NCBI GenBank assembly: GCA_013239625.1
Contig: MU054400.1
Span: 479,146 to 543,145, forward strand
DNA from: Lama guanicoe
Lineage: Eukaryota
Length of the DNA: 64,000 bases
Reading direction: 5' to 3'
Positions 58,745 to 64,000 of this stretch are shown piece after piece. Both the position numbers and the translations under genes were made by a program. The notes under the pieces were generated by a model. The model saw only the letters and a list, made by a program, of their open reading frames with translations, was not told the DNA's origin and did no database searches. Each line of letters begins with the position of its first letter. Position 1 is the stretch's first letter.

Positions 58745-59400
58745 TGAAAATGGAATCCTCATACAATGCTGGTGGGAATATAAAATTGTGCCGCCATCTT
58801 GGAAAGTCTGGAGTCCTGGATGAACAAAGAGTTACCATGTGATCCAGCAATTCCACTCCTGGGTCTATACCTAAAAGTACTGAAAACATGTCCACACAAG
58901 AACTTTCACACAGCGCTCATAGTAGCATGATTCAAAATAGCTAAAAAGTGGAAACAACACAAATGTCCATTAACTGGTGAATGGATAAATAAAACGTGGG
59001 ATATCCATGCAATTCAATGCTACTCAGCAATAGAGAGAAATGAAGTACTGATCCATGCTATAATGTGGATGAACCTTGAGAACATCATGCTTCAATGAAA
59101 GAAGCCAGTCCCAAAGGACAACATATTATGAGATTCCATTTATATGGATGGTCCAGAATAGGCAAAGCCATAAAGACAGAAAGTAGGCTAGTGGCTGCCA
59201 GGGCTGGAGGGAATGGAGGAATTGGTAACTAAGCAGTATGGGGTTTTTTTTTGGCTTAATGAAAATGTTCTAAAGTTGATTGTGGTGATAGATGCACAAC
59301 TCTGAATACACTAAAAGCCACTGAATTATATACTTTAAATAGGTGAATTGTATGGTATGTGACTATATCTCAATAAAGTGATTACCAAAAAAGAAAGAAA
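58745..59400 (+). mobile_element. L1MB-type 3' fragment in B4GALT1 intron 2
   Basis: 'gatccagcaattccactcctggg...aaatgtccattaactggtgaatggataaa...ctcaataaag'. Confidence 0.85.
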
Positions 59401-62400
59401 AGGAAAGCCAGGAGAGGACCAGAGGGTCCTGTTTCTCCCTCTTTCTCATATATTCATTCACGTCACTCATTGGGTATCTACTCTATGCTTAGCAGTAGGG
59501 ATACAGAAAAAAAAAAAAAAAAGACACAAGCCTTGCTTTTGAGGAGTTCCAAGGTAAATAGGCAATTGTAATGGGGTGATGACCTCTTCATGGCGGACAG
59601 TTACTGGGGAGGGGAGGAGAAGGGAGCTACACAGCCCGGCATGTATGCAGAAGTGGAGGTGGAGACATGCATCAATCCTAGGGAATCAGACAAGGCTTCG
59701 GAGAAGTTAGCCAAGTTCAGGGGAGGCATGAGAATATTCCTAGGGCAGAGCAGCAGTTGTAAAGGCTGTGAGGAAAAGAGAACATTCAAGGAACTACAAG
59801 AAATACACACCAGGAAAAGCCAGAATAAGACATGAAGGTGGATGTGGATCAAAACATGGGTGGGGAGAGGAAGGCCGGGAACTCGGCTAAAATACTCAAG
59901 GCTTTATCTTTTATTTAGGCCACAGGGAGCCCTTGAGGTTTATACAAGGTTATGTTTTGCATGTCAAGGAGGGATGTGTGCCCTACTCCCCAACTAAAGG
60001 CAGGGAGACCAGTTTGGAATCGGTCGCGTGATTCATGTGAGAGACATCGGAGTCTAGGCAATGACACCGGGCAAGCAGAGAAGGCCTCCCCCCAAGGGCT
60101 CCACTTCCTCATTTCATGCCTCACCTGCAAGCAGCCTTCGTGGGGCTCTCACAGCAGGTACAAGTGTGGTCTAATCCCCAGGCAAATCCTGTGGTTAAGG
60201 CAAGAACAGCCTTTCCCTGATTGCAACGGGGGACAGATGACCATCGAAAGAAAGCCACAGCCCTCCTTGCCCACGCTCCAGCAGTCTCTAGAAAATCCAT
60301 CAGACCAGTCTGCCTTCCCTGGATGTCAGCCCACATATCCTCTGACCATGATGGCTTGGGGGCTGACCATACCCGGCCCCTCCTCAACCAAAAGACACAG
60401 CAGCAATGAGGTTGGAAACATCAACTCGAAGCCCAGACTTCCAAAGAATCAGAATTTTTGCTCCTGTACACATGCCCAGGTCCATCACAAAGTCATCCCA
60501 GCCCCCACCCCAATACCCACAGTAACCCACTGACTCTCAGCCCCACAGATCCAGAGCCGGGTCTGCAGGCAGCACAAATGTTTGCTGAAACACCCTCTTG
60601 CATGCTTTTCTGTGCCCACTCAGATGCCACGAGGAGAGGCCTAGGCCAAGGGGGTGGTAGGAAAGCAGAGGAAGCTCTGGCTGGGCAGTCCTGCGGCAGG
60701 ACTGACCTGCAGGCCTAAGTGTGGACCTTGGGACAGCAGACAGGCCGGCTGGGGGTGATCCCCAGAGAATTACTGGGATTATACAAACGCTGAGTTTGTG
60801 GCGGGCTAATATCCACTCACCCATGATTTCCTAGCCCCTGGGTCTCTGACTTTGAACCATAATAATATGGTAGCCCTGAGCTTGGACAGGGCCCACAACA
60901 AAACCTGGATCTGAGACTTGAGCTCTTGTCCCAGTGAGTGAAGGAAATGGGCCCTTCAGGGTCGGGGGCTGTTGGGGTGGTTCTCTGTTTGAAATTACTC
61001 ACAAAAGTGAGCACACCCTTGGCCTCTGCCGGACTAGAACACAAGTTAGAAGCTGTGTAAGTCACCTTTAGAGAGAACTGAGCTAATAGAACAGCCCAGC
61101 AGGGATTCTGGGCAAGGTAAACCCAGAGAACAGAGTTTTTAACCCCCAGCTCCACGGCAGCCCCAAAAGGGTGTCTGCCTCCCCTCCCAGGGCCCCCGGC
61201 ACTGAGACAAGACTTTCCACAGAAAAACACTTGGAAAATAAAGGCTTCTTTTTTCAGAAAGCAATCTGGCCACTTATGTTGCAAACCATAAAAATGTTTA
61301 GACCATTTCTGAACCCATAATCCCATATTTGAAAATCTAGCCTGGGGAAATGATTCTACGTGTGAAAGAAGCAAACACAGAACAAGCTGCAGACTCAAAG
61401 ATGTTCATTATAGTATTACTTATACCAGTGATAAAGTGGAAATTATCTAAATGCCCTCTAAAGAGGAATGTCGAAGTTAATTATGGTAAGACGACATGCT
61501 CAACTACTATGAAGGCATGGAGAGTGATGATTATGAAGACTATGAAATAACACGGGAAGATGCTGATGACATAGCATTTAAGAAAAAAGCAGGATACAAA
61601 AGTATATATACATACAGTATGAGCTCAACTGTGGCTTAATTTTAAGGCTCAGTCTCTTAGACCTCTGCACAACAGGCTGGCTTCCAGCGACCTCAGCAAC
61701 TCCAAGTGAGCCACAGAGGCCAGTGGCCTTGCCTGGGGGACGCCAGGGCCCGGGATGGCACACTCTCTGGATTATTTACACAGCTTGCCCCTGACCAGCT
61801 GGGCCTGGGCTCTGGGTTGGATTTGGGGGCACGTGGACATTACCAGGGTGGCAGCAGTGATGGCAGCAGCGGCAGCAGTCACAGCAGTAGTGAGGTCGGC
61901 ATTCCTCTCTCTCTCTCTCTAGGAGGTGAAGGGCACAGAAGAGGAGGTGGGTGGAGAGCAAGAAGCAGATCACAGAGAGGAGGTCCTCCTTCAGCTTGCT
62001 TTGCTACAAACAGGATTGACAAGTAAAAGCAAAAGGCCCCCACTAGAAGGGAAAAAAAAGAAAAAGAGAAAGAAAAAAGACACAAGGATGGCTGCAAGGG
62101 AGAGATGTGAGGAAGAGAGGCCAATGTCCAGGCTGTGACCACCCTCATTCCAGGGTGCAGGCAAATTCCTAATAAGCTGTCATTCCCTGTCACGAAGCCC
62201 ACAGTGAGCAGAGAAAATGACATTTGCCAGAACGATGCCCAGGGAGGCAACTCACCAGCTCTGCGAGTACCTGTAAGCGTGATGACACATCCCCCAGGGG
62301 ACCGGAGCGAGCCACAGACGGGAAAACACACAGCAAAGGAAATGACCGACTTCTGGGGCAGCACGCTGCAGCACTGGGCTGCAGATACTCCCAGTCTTCC

Positions 62401-64000
62401 TGCAACCCTCCTGGGCCCCTGGCCCCCAGAAGTCCTGGCGCCCAGAGGAAGGGGCACTGCAGATCAGGACTGGCCCCACCCTTCGTGAGCCCCACTCCTG
62501 TACACATCAATCTGGACGCTGACAGCTAGGGCAGGAAACAGAAATCAGGGGTGGCGGACAATGAACAGACACCATCGAGGTGGAAAGCAGATGAGGGGGG
62601 CCTCAGGCCTCAGGCCTCAGGCTCAGCAGGGGGTGGACTCCGGAGCTTGCTTTACTCTGCTTCACCTTGGCCTCACCTGGCTGCCTGGCCCGGTGACAGA
62701 GGAGGTAAGCTGCTGAGTGTGGGGACAGATGCTTTCACTCACTGTGGGTGCAAAGGGCTGTCTCCAAGCCCACCCACATGTGGTCTCAGACAAGCAGCCT
62801 AGAACCACCTTACAACAGGGTGCAGAGGAAAAGGAAGGGGGGAAAAATTCCAAAGCCAGACTCCTCAGGCAGGAGCTGGGTCCATCTTCCAGGCCGGTTT
62901 TACCTGTTACCATGACAACTGGGCAAGGCTTCCAGGGGGTCCTGAGGCTGTTACTCCAAAGCTGCCACCTCCCTCTTGTGACCTAGTGGGACTCATGGAG
63001 GCATTGCCAAGTGGGTTTCGAGCTGTTCCCCAGTGAAGGGAATCAGGTGTTCAGGGAATACACATGGCAAGGTGAGGCATTTCTTAGGCCTCCTGTGATT
63101 TCTGTCCAAATCCCAGTTCCGCCACCCAGCCATCTCGGGACCCCGATTAAGCTGCCCGCCGCCGGGAGCCTTCCAACAGCAAGATGGTGGGAGGACCCAC
63201 TGCCTCACCGGGGGGCTGTTAGAGCCAAAATTCAAAGTGCAACATGAAAGAGGTTCAGTCCAAAAGACCATAAAGTTTTATGACCACCAACAACCATAGG
63301 GCTAAATTAGGTTCTCTGTAGGTTTTCCTGAAAAGGGAGGTTACCCCTGGTCCGCCACAGGCAGGAGGCTTTGAGAAGAGGCCGGTGGTGACTGGCCATA
63401 CAGGTTCCCAAAGGTCATGACCTGGCCTGGAGGGGAAAGAAGGCTTCACTTCTGAGAGGCACACACTTTGCCAGAGAACCTGGAGCAAGGGGTCCCAAGA
63501 GCAGGTGCAACAGGCAGGAGCCACAGGGAGCAGCTCCATGCTCCAAGCCCTGACCGTGCACTGGACTGCACTGGACTCAGGGAGCCACGAGGGAGTCAGA
63601 CTTGAGGGACCTGGGGCCTTGGGGCCTAGGGGCTGCAGGACTGGTAGATCTGCACACAGAGAATCATCCCTCACACCTCACTAGAAAGCACAATGTGGCC
63701 ACCAGGGGACAGAAGGAAGGGAAGGCACACAGGACGGGGCTGGGAGGTGTGTAGCGTAAGCAAAGGTACAGGCAGGGGAGCAGAGGGTGTCTCGGGGGTG
63801 GTGGTGAGTCCAGCGTGGCTGTGGCCTGAGTGAGTGAAGGAGGACTGAGAGGAAGTGGCGGGCAGTAGGTCCACGTGGACTGCAGAGGGCCTCCCTCGGA
63901 TGCCAAGCTCAGGCCTTTCTGGCCCTTCAGACCCTTGCTTATAGGCAGTGGGGACATACTGAAGGCTTCAGGGAGGGCATAACATGGTCAGAACTAGAAA

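Noticed and set aside
63696..63712. CTCF-like TGGCCACCAGGGGACAG
   Set aside because: Mismatch in the conserved GGC; not supportable without a PWM score or ChIP data.
59952..63957. ORFs of up to 193 aa, considered as B4GALT1 exon 2
   Set aside because: None contains the exon 2 peptide (VAIIIPFRNRQEHL-type), so exon 2 lies beyond the window.

Overview
Mammalian genomic DNA with two spliced protein-coding genes on the minus strand. It is probably a camelid: short tRNA-derived SINEs resemble the camelid Vic-1 type, no Alu, Bov-A or PRE-1 was recognised, and the B4GALT1 protein is bovine-like. SMU1 coding exons 1-11 span 26743 down to 130 (last exon off the left edge), with a CpG-rich promoter at about 26.4-27.0 kb. 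B4GALT1 exons 3-6 and a ~2.9-kb 3'UTR span 54793 down to ~46805 (exons 1-2 off the right edge). All exon boundaries were read as GT/AG with consistent phases. The rest is intronic or intergenic and rich in LINEs, SINEs, LTR and DNA-transposon relics. Most notable observations: (1) a TSD-flanked L1 in SMU1 intron 7 with an ORF1-ORF2 internal deletion and an ~0.8-kb block of apparently older L1 sequence inside it; (2) an unidentified ~330-bp retrocopy between 19-bp direct repeats; (3) a fossil hAT (Charlie/Buster-type) transposase C-terminus next to the SMU1 promoter; (4) four miR-124 seed sites and a ~(UG)50 tract in the B4GALT1 3'UTR; (5) an in-frame competing 5' splice site in B4GALT1 intron 5. 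I cannot support a new multi-gene biological system here. Repeat family names and protein comparisons are from memory and need RepeatMasker/Dfam/BLAST confirmation.
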